A stretch of 64,000 nucleotides of DNA from Octopus sinensis (lineage: Eukaryota). The position numbers were made by a program, and so were the translations under genes. The stretch covers positions 36,394,001-36,458,000 of the forward strand of contig NC_043014.1 of assembly GCF_006345805.1 (NCBI RefSeq). The letters are read 5' to 3'. Below the pieces are notes generated by a model. It was not told the DNA's origin and searched no databases. It saw only the letters and a program-made list of their open reading frames with translations. Shown here one piece after another: positions 13,564 through 25,899 of the stretch (the first letter of the stretch is position 1; each line of letters opens with the position of its first letter).

Positions 13564-13587
13564 AGGTCAGCAAGGTCAGCTAGGTCA
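13564..13587 (+). promoter_or_regulatory. Three AGGTCA half-sites with 3-nt spacers (DR3-DR3), ~1.55 kb upstream of the gene A ATG
   Basis: AGGTCA gca AGGTCA gct AGGTCA; identical at 40154-40177 in unit B. Function is not demonstrated. Confidence 0.3.
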
Positions 13588-14095
13588 TCTAGTGTCCAGT
13601 GTAGCGTCATATTGAAAAATCTATTAGAAAAATACCAAACAAATGTAGTAAAAAAAAGAAAATGTCTTGACTGCTCTTCTCTTTTTTCTCTCTCTCTCTC
13701 TTTCTCTCCTCCTACGTTCTTTCTCTATATCTTTGTCCCTTTCACTCCCTCCCTCTCACTTTTCCATGACGTTCTTCTTAATCTTTTACTATAACTCCTT
13801 CTTGCCAATCTTCCTTCTTCTCTCCCTTTCTTACTTTCATATCCTTATAACTTTCCCTCACTTTCCTCTCCCGCGTCCTAAGTCGGCGTCTTTTTCTTAA
13901 TCACAATACTTCTTTCACCCAATCTCTCAGTACTTCGAAATTCTCTATCTTTCTTTTCATCCTTGTATGTGTATATGTGTGAGTGTGTGTTTTTGCGTGC
14001 GCATGTGCGTGCGTGCTTGTGTGCGTGTGTGTGTACTTAAGTTTCCGTTTTTAAGAATATTTACTTCCGGTTTTCTAGCGTCCGTGACATTTATA

Positions 14096-14490
14096 TCTTT
14101 ATATATAAAAGTGAAGTTGTGTGTCTCTCTCCTACAATTTAGATCCCTAACTACTCCCACATTTTGCGGTGCAGTATAACCAAAACCGGGTATCTTATAG
14201 TCGTGATTCATATCCAGCCCTTCTGGGTATTAGCGCGCGTCTACGATGAGTCTACGATTTAAAAAAAATTAACATCATTTTTTTCATTTTAATGCATTTT
14301 TTCGCTATTATATAAGGGAAGTAACTCTCTAAAAATGTCTACGATGAGTCAACGATTTAAAAGAAAATTTACCATCATAATTTTTCCATTTTTAATGCAT
14401 CATTTTGCTATCTTTTGGCTATAACTCTCTATAAATGCATATATAGTTATTTCCCTTACAAACCCGAGCAACGCCGGGCGATACTGCTAG
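14096..14490 (+). mobile_element. Complete non-autonomous Helitron, unit A-specific
   Basis: 5' TCTTTATATATAAAAG, 3' hairpin cccgagcaacgccggg plus CTAG, inserted between A and T without a TSD. The empty site is at 40684/40685 in unit B. Confidence 0.92.
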
Positions 14491-14604
14491 TCTCTATATA
14501 TATCTCTTTATCCATCTATCTATTTATCTCAATCTCTCTATATTTCTCTATCTATATCTCACTATCTATCTGTCTATATCTTATCTATCTACCTATTTAT
14601 CTAC

Positions 14605-14718
<114 letters not shown>

Positions 14719-14748
14719 ACCTATTTATCTATCCATCTATCTATTTAT

Positions 14749-14835
<87 letters not shown>

Positions 14836-15125
14836 AGTTTTACCTTACTTCTCGGAGCAGAAAAGAGAAAGAGACAGAAAAAGACAGAGATAGAGAGAGA
14901 GAGGGAGAAAGAGAAAGATAGAGAGAAAAAAAGAAAGAAACAGAAAGATGGGACTTTCAGTTCACTCACACTTCAAGTTTGACTTGCGTTTTTCTCTCTA
15001 TTTCTGTTATGTTTAGCCATTTCGACTACGCTATTTGTAAGAGATATCTTTTCGTAAAATTTCTGCTTTCTGGAAGCCGACAATCATTTCTCCTCCTGCC
15101 TTATACCTGTGACACAAGATCAACA

Positions 15126-15171
15126 ATGTTGTTAGTTATGATGTTACTGATGTCTTCTTACACTTCGGCTT
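15126..15171 (+). CDS. Gene A exon 1: signal peptide MLLVMMLLMSSYTSA
   Basis: caacaATG context, hydrophobic 15-mer ending T-S-A, phase-1 donor T|GTAAGT, conserved in unit B. An in-frame upstream ATG (15009) is open in both copies, so the true start is uncertain. Confidence 0.8.
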
Positions 15172-15365
15172 GTAAGTTAATATTAAGAAACATAATATTT
15201 TTTTCTGTTACAAAACTGAATCTTCTTCTCTGAGATAACATGCTTTCATCTTTGAAAGACACAGTATACACACACGCACACACACTCACACACACACACA
15301 CACACACGCACACACACACGCACATTATCTACACAGCGACGTATACTTTTCAACAGCGTCACCAC

Positions 15366-15977
15366 AAATACCTATTTCTTTACTGCCCACAAGGGGCTAC
15401 ACACAGAGAGGGGACAAACAAGCATAGACATAGTTATTAAGTCGATTACATCAACCCCCAGTGCGTAACTGGTACTTAATTTATCGACCCCGAAAGGATG
15501 AAAGGCAAAGTCGACCTCGGCGGAATTTGAACTCAAAACGTAACGGCAGACGAAATACCTATTTCTTTATTACCCACAAGGGGCTACACACAGAGAGGGG
15601 ACAAACAAGGACAGACACAGGTATTAAGTCGATTACATCGACCCTCAGTAAGTAACTGGTACTTAATTTATCGACTCCGAAAGGATGAAAGGCAAAGTCG
15701 ACCTCGGCGGAATTTGAACTCAGAACGTAACGGCAGACGAAATACCTATTTCTTTACTACCCACAAGGGGCTACACACAGAGAGGGGACAAACAAGGACA
15801 GACATAGATATTAAGTCGATTACATCGACCCCCAGTAAGTAACTGGTACTTAATTTATCGATCCCGAAAGGATGAAAGACAAAGTCGACCTCGGCGGAAT
15901 TTGAACTCAGAACGTAACGGCAGACGAAATACGGCTACGCATTTCGCCCGGCGTGTTAACGTTTCTGCCAGCTCGCC
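15366..15977 (-). mobile_element. Second tRNA-derived SINE family, amplified to three 187-bp tandem units
   Basis: aaatac recurs at 15366, 15553, 15740 and 15927. The minus-strand head has tggcagaaacgtt and gagttcaaattc. Unit B has a single copy (41523-41757). Confidence 0.85.
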
Positions 15978-16681
15978 ACAAATACCATAATACGAACAAC
16001 ACAACACACTGTTTAATTCAGTACACACACCACACACCATCATGCACACTCTCACACCCACACAAACACATAATATCCAAACACAGAGAATATATAGATA
16101 CACACGCAACACGCATAAACACGCATTACACGCATTGACACGGATAACATTCGCTCACAAAAATACACTATAGATGTGCACGCTATTTGATTACAGATAA
16201 ACACACACACACACACACACACACATACACACGTGCACACACTACCTGAATAAGCTCACATGAACGGCTATACGTGCAACACAACAGACACACGCGCACA
16301 CAGACACGTTAACTTCACAAATATACACACGTCCATATGCACACACACACATGTCCATATGCACACACACACATGTCCATATGCACACACACACATGTCC
16401 ATATGCACACACACACACACACATACAGAGGAATACACAAAACACACATTTCTCCACACAACACATACACTAGGTTAATTTTACACACAAACACGAACAC
16501 ACACACACATACATACATACATACATATATGCATACATACATACATACATACATACATACATACATACATACATACTTACATACATACATACATATGTAC
16601 GTAAGTACGTACGTACGTACGTACATACATACATACATACATATATACATACATACATACATACATACATACATACATACA

Positions 16682-16716
<35 letters not shown>

Positions 16717-16821
16717 CCCGTTCTGTCAGTGTTTGTAAAAGTTTATAAAAACAGTATTTTTCAACTGATTTCCTCCTGACTGCGAACGTACGATACTTAT
16801 GTTCCAGGGATGGCTTTAGAC

Positions 16822-17118
16822 CAGTGGTTTTTAACCAGGGTTCCGCGGAACCTTCGGGTTCTACCAGTACAGTCCAGGGGTTCCGCAAGAAGTTACAAAA
16901 CAGCTAGGATCTTTTCATTTTGAAAGCCAGATTTTTCAGATTTTCTAATGAACTAAATAACGCAAGAAGTTACAAAACTGCTAAAATCGGCAGTAATTTT
17001 TAATTCTCCTGTGCAGATATGTGTGCATAAGACTATTAAATTATGGCACAGGGGTTCCTCGAGCCATTGGAATGTTTCCTTGGGGTTCCACTCCAGCAAA
17101 AAGTTTGAAAAGCACTCT
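16822..17118. mobile_element. hAT-type MITE (unit B copy 42385-42602)
   Basis: TIR cagtggttttcaacc...tttgaaaagcactg with 8-bp TSD ctttagac, clean in unit B. The unit A copy has an internal ~70-bp duplication/insertion. Confidence 0.85.
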
Positions 17119-17607
17119 CTTTAGACTCTTAAATTTTCTCACAATATCAGTAACGTGCCCCTTGGGAGCAGAAAAATACATACATCCGTACGCACACACT
17201 CACACCAACCAGTACATGGAATGCATGTCACTTCACATAATGTACACACTGACACACAGAAGTCCACATAATTTTCAGCTAACCCACTCACACACTAGCA
17301 TCCATTCACATAAACACATTCACAGACACCGTCCTCCCAAACACACATGCGCTTGTGCACCTAAGATCCTTGGATATTACCGTTATCGTTATTATTATTA
17401 TCTCACTTTCATTCAACCTCTATTTTCCGGTCATCTCGCCATGTTGGACAATTTTTCTCTGCACTTCCGTTTCTTTCCCAATTTTCTTTATTCTTTCACA
17501 GTTTTCATCATTCTCTCTCCGTTTTTTTCCTCTTAATTCTTTCTGTCGAAAAGCATAAGCTTTTGCTTTCATCCCGATAATAATACACCTGCTGTCTTCG
17601 TCTTCTG

Positions 17608-17676
<69 letters not shown>

Positions 17677-17957
17677 ATATATGTATATGATATTAGCCGG
17701 TGTTTTTCAAACGATGAGTAGCTTTGCGTAAACCATGGATCGTTTTGTTCTCTTACTTTGTTATCATCTTATAATCATCTCATAATAATGACTTTTATGA
17801 CTCGTATTACTACCCCAGTCAATCTAAATGTATATATTTGTCGTTACCTGTCATAATAGCCTTTTTTTAAATTTGCAATGTGCATTTTCGTAGATTTTTC
17901 ATATTTTACCCTTACATTTCCACGTGTATTTTATCTTTTCTTTTTATAACATATTTC

Positions 17958-18048
<91 letters not shown>

Positions 18049-18515
18049 TAAAGTTCAGCAAAATTTAGATCCAGATGAATATGGTACTTAAGTTAAAGGC
18101 ACCAGAATTTGGTATGGTATTATCCATATAAATCAAATGGGGTGATTATAATCAAAATAAGCAACAAGGATATCCAAGGTAGTGTAGTACAATTCTTTCA
18201 TGCTACTTCATTTTATTAAACATTGTAAGTATTACGTCAGTTGTTAAATGTCGAGCAATCTTCAGCCACATATAGAAGTTTTTTTTTAATTAAATGGACA
18301 ATAAACATATTTATACTTATTTCATTTGCCAACATTACAAAGAAGGTAGATATATAGACAAAGAGGTTAATTTCATCATTAAGAACGTGGTGATAGTTTG
18401 TCCTTCTCCATCGGTAGATTTCTTATCACTGGGTTCACTTTTCTATTTAGATCTATCAGTGGGGAGTGGGTTTTTTTTATCTTGGTTCAATGGAGACAAA
18501 CAAGAATTTTCTATT

Positions 18516-18670
18516 TATAGATAGAGGAAGGGGTAGTACAAATGTCAAAACCATAAATCCATCCTTATTATGAAGAATTTAACTTAAGCATATTTGAATG
18601 TATTTTAGCAAAAGTTTGTAGGCTGAAGTGTATGGTTTTGACATTTGTACTACCCTTTCCTCTATCTATA
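18516..18670. mobile_element. 155-bp MITE with 40-bp TIRs
   Basis: tatagatagaggaaggggtagtacaaatgtcaaaaccata and its reverse complement (1 mismatch). The paralog at ~44790-44950 has a decayed left TIR. Confidence 0.75.
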
Positions 18671-18949
18671 AATGTTAACATTTAACATTATTGACCGAGG
18701 TTACCGTGGTATTTTCCGAAGGCTTTTCTTTCCACGGATAAACCCTATTTACTTTCCCCCTTACACTTTACATCATGACATTACTGTGATACACGATCCC
18801 TATTGATCGTTATTTTTCTTTCTTTCCCTTTTACGATCCCTTTTGATCGAAAACCTACCCCACCATTTTTTCTCCCCCCCCATAAAGAACAGCTCTACTT
18901 TGTAATCCGTCCCGTCTGTGTGCAGCCCTGTGTGGCTAATAAAGAAACA

Positions 18950-18997
<48 letters not shown>

Positions 18998-19039
18998 CAT
19001 CTCTCTCTCTCTCTCTCTCTCTCTGTATTATATATATAT

Positions 19040-19403
19040 CTTTCATCTTTTGTCTTTTACTTATTTCAGTCATTAGACTGCAGTCATGCTGGGGCACCGT
19101 CTTGAGATTTTAATCGATTGAATAGACCCCATTACTTATAATTTAAGCCTGGTACTTATTCTATCGGTCTCTTTTGTCACACCCGTAAGTTACGGAGATG
19201 TAAAAACATCAACACCAGTTGTCAAGTGGTGATGGGGAGAAAAACACAGACATACACAGACAGATATATATATACATATATACATAGATAGACATATATA
19301 TACATATATTTGCAACAGGCTTCTTTCAGTTTCCGTCTACCAAATCCACTCACAAGGCTTTGCTCGGCTTGAGGCTATAGTAGAAGACACTTGCTGAAGG
19401 TGT
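19040..19403 (-). mobile_element. Octopus-type SINE, 5'-truncated (unit B copy ~46430-46792)
   Basis: Reverse complement of the 4482-4882 family. Confidence 0.8.
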
Positions 19404-19419
19404 CACTATTAATCAAAAA

Positions 19420-20500
19420 CAGCATTACATCTCTATACAGTCCACCTTTAATATCTGGAAATTTATTACTAAAATAAAATAGAATGTATAGATCAGAATC
19501 AGCAGATCCCATGGTAATGTCAAATAATCATTGCTACTTTCTCTAGCCCAGGACTTATTATCAACTAAAATAATAGATTTTTGAACTCCCAAACTTACTT
19601 TAATTTCTTTAAAATAACGTTAGATTTTTTTCTAGCAGATGAAAAGCATTATTAAGCACAACAGGATTAATAGAAGAATAATAGTTATTAATATATATCT
19701 GTATAAATTTACTTCTATTTTTATTATCCAGTCTAGCAAACCAATAAATAGTTTCCTGTGTATTAGACAAAAGTTCAAGTTTTATGTTTTTCTTGACTAT
19801 ATGTTTTTCTTAAGTATACACATATCAAGAAAATCTTTACTTAATGTACTCAGGTCAGATCGGCCTGGGAAAATTATTCTCACTTCAGAATTAAAAAAAT
19901 TGTTTTCCTTGTGATCTTTTAAAGTTATCCTAGGCCTCATAGATACAAAAGTCTCTGTTCTATCACCAATGTCCTTGTCATTCATAATTTTCTTAGCATC
20001 TAAGTTAATGAACCTTAAAACTTTTTACTTACTACTTTATAATTACTAGTAATCTCTTTCTTCATTTATTCATGATATTTTAATAGATCCTAATCATATA
20101 AGTTTCATTGCTCCATAATTCCATTTTTTTTTTTAAGATCACATAGTAGAGAATTTAGTTTCTTTAAATGTTCAATTTCTCAGAGGGAATATTTAACAAA
20201 TTTAATAGTCTTGACAATATTCCATAAATCGTCTTCAAAAGCCTCCAAATGGTGGTATGGTGGTGGAAATTTCTTCGTCTGAAAGTTCTTTTTAAAAAGT
20301 TCAGTAACTTCTTTATGAGGGTTATTTTCTGTTATAAAATCCTTTTCATGGTAAAAAGCCACCCTACGGATTCTATGAATGAATTCAAATGTCTTATTAA
20401 TCAGATCCTTCATGAAATCCTTTCTAGGTGGAATAGGAAAGTCTTGTAAAGATAAGTGAATCGGTAATTTCTCCATGGAGACCAGCGAAAATATGTTTTA
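19420..20500 (-). pseudogene. Penelope-like element ORF remnant (N-terminal region plus RT)
   Basis: DFPIPPRKDFMKDLINKTFEFIHRIRRVAF...EAFEDDL, ITLKDHKENN and a DITMGSAD-type RT motif, with many stops. The unit B copy (46800-47660) lacks ~215 bp. Confidence 0.8.
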
Positions 20501-21571
20501 ATATTCCTTAAATAATGTACAAATATATTATTATAAATCAAACCAAGAAAAAGAACCATTTCAATCAATATATAATAAACATTGATTTATGATGCTATTC
20601 TCCTCTGATAAACCAAGTAAATTTGTGTTACTTTCTTATTTACTAAGACTAAAGTTTATATTAGTACGAATAAATAAATTAGAACAATTATTATATATAA
20701 TTATATATAATTTTGAACAATTTTGCATATATGAATGTTTCTTGTAGACCCTATAAAATTTAGCATATATCATCATATGTTCTTTCGAACTTGTATATAC
20801 ACATAAAAACTAATGTGTACACTACGGTAGTAGTTGAATAATATTCTTAACGTAGCTTTTTGTTGCAGTTGGCGTCTTCCAAGTAGTCTCACTAATTCAG
20901 TTTTAATCCAAATCAAATTTAGTTTTTAAAAATTATGTTTGACTAGTGATAAGCTACATTTAGACATAAAATACTTAAAGTCTGGTGCAGTAGAACAAAA
21001 GAGAAAAAGCGTATAGACCAAACTGGTTGACTGACGGGTAATAAAGCCCGACATTGGCATTTTGAATCCACACCATTCTTTTAATTTTGATCAATAATTA
21101 TTATATTGATATTAATATGAAAGGAAATGTTAAAAGAATATATTGGTAAAGGTTTCGTAAAATGTTATCCATTAGAAAAAGTTATTAATTTTAATTCTTA
21201 AATTTGTATCAATTTTTGCGTGATATTAAAGGGACTAGACATGTATGAACTAAACTATTTCTTAGTTGCACACACAACAAAAGATAAACGACAACACAAA
21301 TCAATACAAAGTGTTCTATTTATTTTCTTTAGTATAAATTACTTTTTATAAAAAATGAATTTTTTTGCTTAACTTTTTGTAGTGTGGCTTTTTAAAGTCC
21401 ATTTTTGAATAAATTATTTTAACAACAAGATTATTTGATAAAAATATTTAAATTTTTTTATATTTTGTCTCTATGTGCATTTGTACTACCCTTTCCTCTA
21501 TCATGTTGTAGGGCTGCTCAGAAAAGGCAAATGATAAAAATTCTAATATTTTAAGACACTTGCTTCCCAGC

Positions 21572-22830
21572 TACGAGGGGCGTTCAATAAGTAATGCCCC
21601 TGACCCACTTCCCATAGCAGTAGAGCAACGACACTTGGCACAGTTATTAGGCTTTTCCTACATAGGAACTAACCAGAGTTATGCATTTCTCCCATCGTTT
21701 GATACATCTCTGGAGACCGTTTTTATAGAAGACCCCAGCTTGGTCCTCCAACCACGACGTGACTTCAGAAATCAAGGCTGCATCTTCTGGGAAACGCTTT
21801 CCTTTCAAAATCAACTTCATGGCTGGGAAGAGGTGAAAATCAGAGGGTGCAAGGGGAGGAGTTCATAGCTGCACGCCTGTGCTTCTGATCTGGCGACACG
21901 CGAGTTGTGGACCGGAGCGTTGTCCTGCAGGAGGAGGGTGCCTTTGCTGATCTTGCCCCGCCTCTTGATTTTGATAGCTTCTCTTAATTTTCTCAAAAGT
22001 GAAGCATAATAGGCTCCTGTAATTGTGGTACCCTTTGCCAGGAAATCTGTCATCACTACTCCGTCCTGGTTCTAGAAGACTGTGAGCATAACTTTGTCAG
22101 CGGATGGCTGCACCCTTGCCTCCTTTGGAGGAGGTGAGTCACGGTGCTTTCACTGCATTGACTGGGCTTTGGTCTCTGGATCATAGTGATTGACCCAGGT
22201 TTTATCCTGTGTGATCAGTCTTTTGAAAAATTTTGACTCATCTTCTTGGCACATCTCCAAATTCATCCTCGAGCACTCAACGCGTTCTTGCTTCTGGAAA
22301 GGTGTGAGCAACCTGGAAATCCATCTGGCAGACACCTTTTGCATATGCAAATAGTCATGAATGATAGTTTCCACAGACCGGGTACTAATCTTGACCTTAT
22401 GGGCTATTTGGCAAATAGTTATGCGTTGACCTTCCAAAATGGCATCCTCAACTTGACGGACAGACGTCTCATCAACGGCAGAAGGGGGGGCGACCAGATC
22501 TGGGAGCTGTTTCCACAGAGTTCCGACTATGTTTGAATTCACAATGCCAGCGTTTTACAAGGTCATATGATGGGGCATCATCACCATAAGTTACGTTCAT
22601 TTCATCAAAAGTCTCCCGTGGTGTGCGTCCTTTCAAATACAAAAACCAAATCACTGCTCGACACTCAACAGGCTCCATTTCACACTTGACTCAATTCAAA
22701 CACCTGTAAATCAGAAACCACAATAAGTTCAGAGCTGTAATTCGCCACTTTATCTATAGATGCATAAATAAGTGCAAGGCCAAACAACTGCAAGTGGGTC
22801 AGGGGCATTACTTATTGAGCGCCCCTCGTA
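21572..22830 (-). mobile_element. Full-length mariner (1255 bp between TA TSDs), unit A-specific, frameshifted transposase
   Basis: TA-cgaggggcgttcaataagtaatgcccctga ... tcaggggcattacttattgagcgcccctcg-TA, same family as 6943. The empty site is at ~48685 in unit B. Confidence 0.95.
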
Positions 22831-23053
22831 TATGGCTGGGAAGTAAGCGTCTTACAGTGACTCCTAGAGAGAGAGAGAGACAGAGAGACAGAGAGAGAGT
22901 GAGAGAGGCAGAAAGATTTCGATAAATAAATGCATAGATATGCATGCATATATACTAATGTATAGATGTATCAACCAATATATCTATATATATAAATCTG
23001 TCTCTCTCTTTCTATATATGATATACATGTATGTATGTATGAATGTATGCATA

Positions 23054-23098
<45 letters not shown>

Positions 23099-23411
23099 CA
23101 TACATATATTTATATGTATATGTGTGTGTGTGGTGTGTATGTGTCCGTAAATACATACTTATGTATCAAGTCATTTTCAACTGAGAGGTTAGATTTATGT
23201 GCATATATTTACCAGATTGATGACATCTATCAAAGGTTTTTCTCATTGTGTTGATGAACTATTTTCTATGATTAATAAAACTGTCGGTATTTTGACGACA
23301 CGGGTATGTTAGTATAATACAAAATATCAAAAACTATCTCCAAAGTTTTATTTGTGGATAGATGTAATCCGTATTCACAACAACCGTTATTTTTATGGGT
23401 TCTCTTTTTCC

Positions 23412-23467
23412 TACTTCTTCTTTTCTTCTTCTTCTTCTTCTTCTTCTTCTTTCTTCTTCTCTCTTCT

Positions 23468-23499
<32 letters not shown>

Positions 23500-23605
23500 C
23501 TTTTTCTTCTTCTTCTTCTTCTTCTTCTTCTCTCTTCCTCTTCTTCTTCTTCTTCTTCTTCTTCTTCTTCTTCTTCTTCTTCTTCTTCTTCTCTTCTTCT
23601 TCTTC
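23412..23605. repeat. Interrupted (TTC)n tract ~65 bp upstream of the V-exon acceptor
   Basis: Direct reading. Unit B has a pure (TTC)41 at 49370-49492. Confidence 0.95.
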
Positions 23606-23669
23606 CATAGTTACATTTATATATTTTTTATGACATCTATCTCTGATTTATGTTTTTTTTTCTATGCAG

Positions 23670-24002
23670 TTATTGAGATTGCAGATGTATTTCCTTCAAG
23701 AAATATTGATTTTGCACACAAAACATTCTTAACTATAAAATGTCGATATGATATAAAAAATTTTATTCAGTTTTTTCTCGTGCGAAATCACAGTGAAGTT
23801 GTTGTTCAAATGGATTATCTATTGAAGACAGGAAATTTTGTGATAGTAACCAGGAGAAAGGGTTTTCACTGTACTCCACCTATATCACCTATAAGTAAGA
23901 TAGGTGTGATTACCTGCTCGAAACCTTCTCCCTCTTGTGAGGATGCGACATACTACAAATGTTTAACAAATGAAGGATCTTCAGAACCTAGAGTTGTAAG
24001 AG
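23670..24002 (+). CDS. Gene A exon 2: V-like immunoglobulin domain (111 codons)
   Basis: Acceptor (T)n-tctatgcAG, donor G|GTCAGT, phase 1-1. It has the B-strand Cys (TIKC) and the F-strand motif EDATYYKC, 5 Cys in total, and Phe in place of the canonical Trp. Confidence 0.9.
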
Positions 24003-24094
24003 GTCAGTTTACTCGTTCTATTTTTACTTCCGTTTCTTTTTTTGCACGTATTCAATTCCATTATCATTATTTTTATTTCTATTGCGTGTTTCTA

Positions 24095-24478
24095 TTGCAC
24101 TATCGAACACAAGTTTCATCCAATCAGGTCAATTGCCCAGGCCAGCATGACTACCTCTCTCCATCACTCCCGATCTTCCATTAGTATTTTTAGGCCTTCA
24201 AATTGGCATCCAACATCTTCTGCAAGCTGTTGTATATATGTCTTCCGTAGTCTTCCAGTCGCTGTGGTACCGTGATTTGGTGCCCACAACAACTCGTTAC
24301 TAACAAGTTCTTCTTTACTTCTCCAGCAATGGTCAACAAAACCCAACGTCCGCTCTAAGATGATTGATGAGAAAGTTGATACATTCCCGTATAACCTTTG
24401 TTTTGTTGGGTTCTCCCTCCATTAAATGTTGGGCACTGCACGTAATATTCTGGTGTAGGTACCGTCCAGCATGCACTT
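24095..24478 (-). mobile_element. RTE LINE 3' fragment (unit B ~49995-50380)
   Basis: HCWRSKEELVSNELLWAPNHG..GRLRKTYIQQL.ED is a typical RTE C-terminus. Confidence 0.8.
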
Positions 24479-24499
24479 AAGTCCCTCTCTTTCTTTTCT

Positions 24500-24683
24500 C
24501 TCTTTTACTTATTTCAGTCATTTGACTGCGGCCATGCTGGAGCACCGCCTTTAGTCGAGCAAATCGACCCCGGGACTTATTCTTTGTAAACCCAGTACCT
24601 ATTCTATCGGTCTATTTTGCCGAACCGCTAAGTGATGGGGACGTAAACACACCAGCATCGGTTGTCAAGCAATGATAGGGGGA

Positions 24684-24730
<47 letters not shown>

Positions 24731-24927
24731 CTATATATATATATATATATATACATATATACGACAGGCTTCTTTCAGTTTCCGTCTACCAAATCCACTC
24801 ACAAGGCATTAGTCGGCCCGGGGCTATAGCAGAAGACACTTGCCCAAGATGCCACGCAGTGGGACTGAACCCCGAACCATGTGGTTGGTTAGCAAGCTAC
24901 TTACCACACAGCCACTCCCTGGCCTAC
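24500..24927 (-). mobile_element. Octopus-type SINE abutting the exon 3 acceptor (unit B 50960-51417, plus an extra 3' piece at 50400-50535)
   Basis: Full-length reverse-complement copy of the 4482 family; its head ends ~25 bp before the AG. Confidence 0.85.
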
Positions 24928-24952
24928 TCGTTTTTGTTTTTTTTCTTTTCAG

Positions 24953-25258
24953 TGAGATCTTTCATTAAGAAACTTGAATTTCTTAACCCGCCCGCTGAAG
25001 TAAACAAGTTAGCGATCTTCAGATGTTCAGCATACATCGGTGCACCTTTTGGCGCTACTGACTTTTTATGGAGTCATGAGACAAATCACCAGATGTGGAT
25101 AAATGTTAGTCAAGTGCATGTTCGACCTTATGGAAAGTGTTTATCTCCAGCAGTGTCAATTAAGAAAATCCTTATAAGAGAGGGGGACATTGGTAACTCA
25201 AGCGTCTCATGTTCTGTACACAGGATATCACGCACTCTACAACTCACCAACATAACAG
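24953..25258 (+). CDS. Gene A exon 3: C2-like immunoglobulin domain (102 codons)
   Basis: Acceptor ttcttttcAG, donor G|GTAAAC, phase 1-1. Motif AIFRCSA..GAP.G..FLW...C...SVSCSV. Confidence 0.9.
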
Positions 25259-25899
25259 GTAAACAAATTTTCTTTGTGTTATCTTCCTTAACGTCTTTAT
25301 ATATTCTTGTTCCTTAACGTCTCCTGAAGCAATATTTCTGGTTAAGTTACACCTTCCAGTAAATTTGTACATCCACTGACGGTTATATTAACAATTATAT
25401 TTATCCTTGACAGGTATATCATTTCGATTAACCAAATTTATATATTTGCTTTTTTAAGATTCTGGAGACATTTAGTTGATATAAGAAGCTGCATTCTTTA
25501 AATGCACTCTATATGACATGGTTTGCATAAAGTCCTCCTTATGGCGGAAATTGTAGTGAAAAGGTCCGTACAGCACGGAAAAGCGGACTTTCTCTTTATA
25601 AATACATACATACACATGCACGCTTGCACGTACACACGTATGCACACAGGAACGCACGCACACGCACACACACATGCATACACGCACGCACACACTATAC
25701 ACACAGTCGTAGAGAAATGGTGCATCCCGTCCCACGTGGCAAAGTGGTATGACTCAGCCACTATAAAGTCATCAATCATTTGTTGTTTGGTCAGTCAGTA
25801 GTAGCAGAGTTGTTATTTCATTTGCAGGCTAGTTAACATCTTGAATTTTTCTGTGATTTGAATTGGTTTTCACTGTGTTTGACTGTTTTGTGTCCAACG

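Noticed and set aside
15366-15932. CRISPR-like or regularly spaced repeat array
   Set aside because: The units are whole 187-bp SINE duplicates with no unique spacers, in a eukaryotic context.
23354-23669. Poly-F/L/S N-terminal part of ORF 23354-24184 (and 49301-49571)
   Set aside because: This is an intronic (TTC)n tract upstream of the real acceptor; only 23670-24002 and 49572-49904 are exonic.
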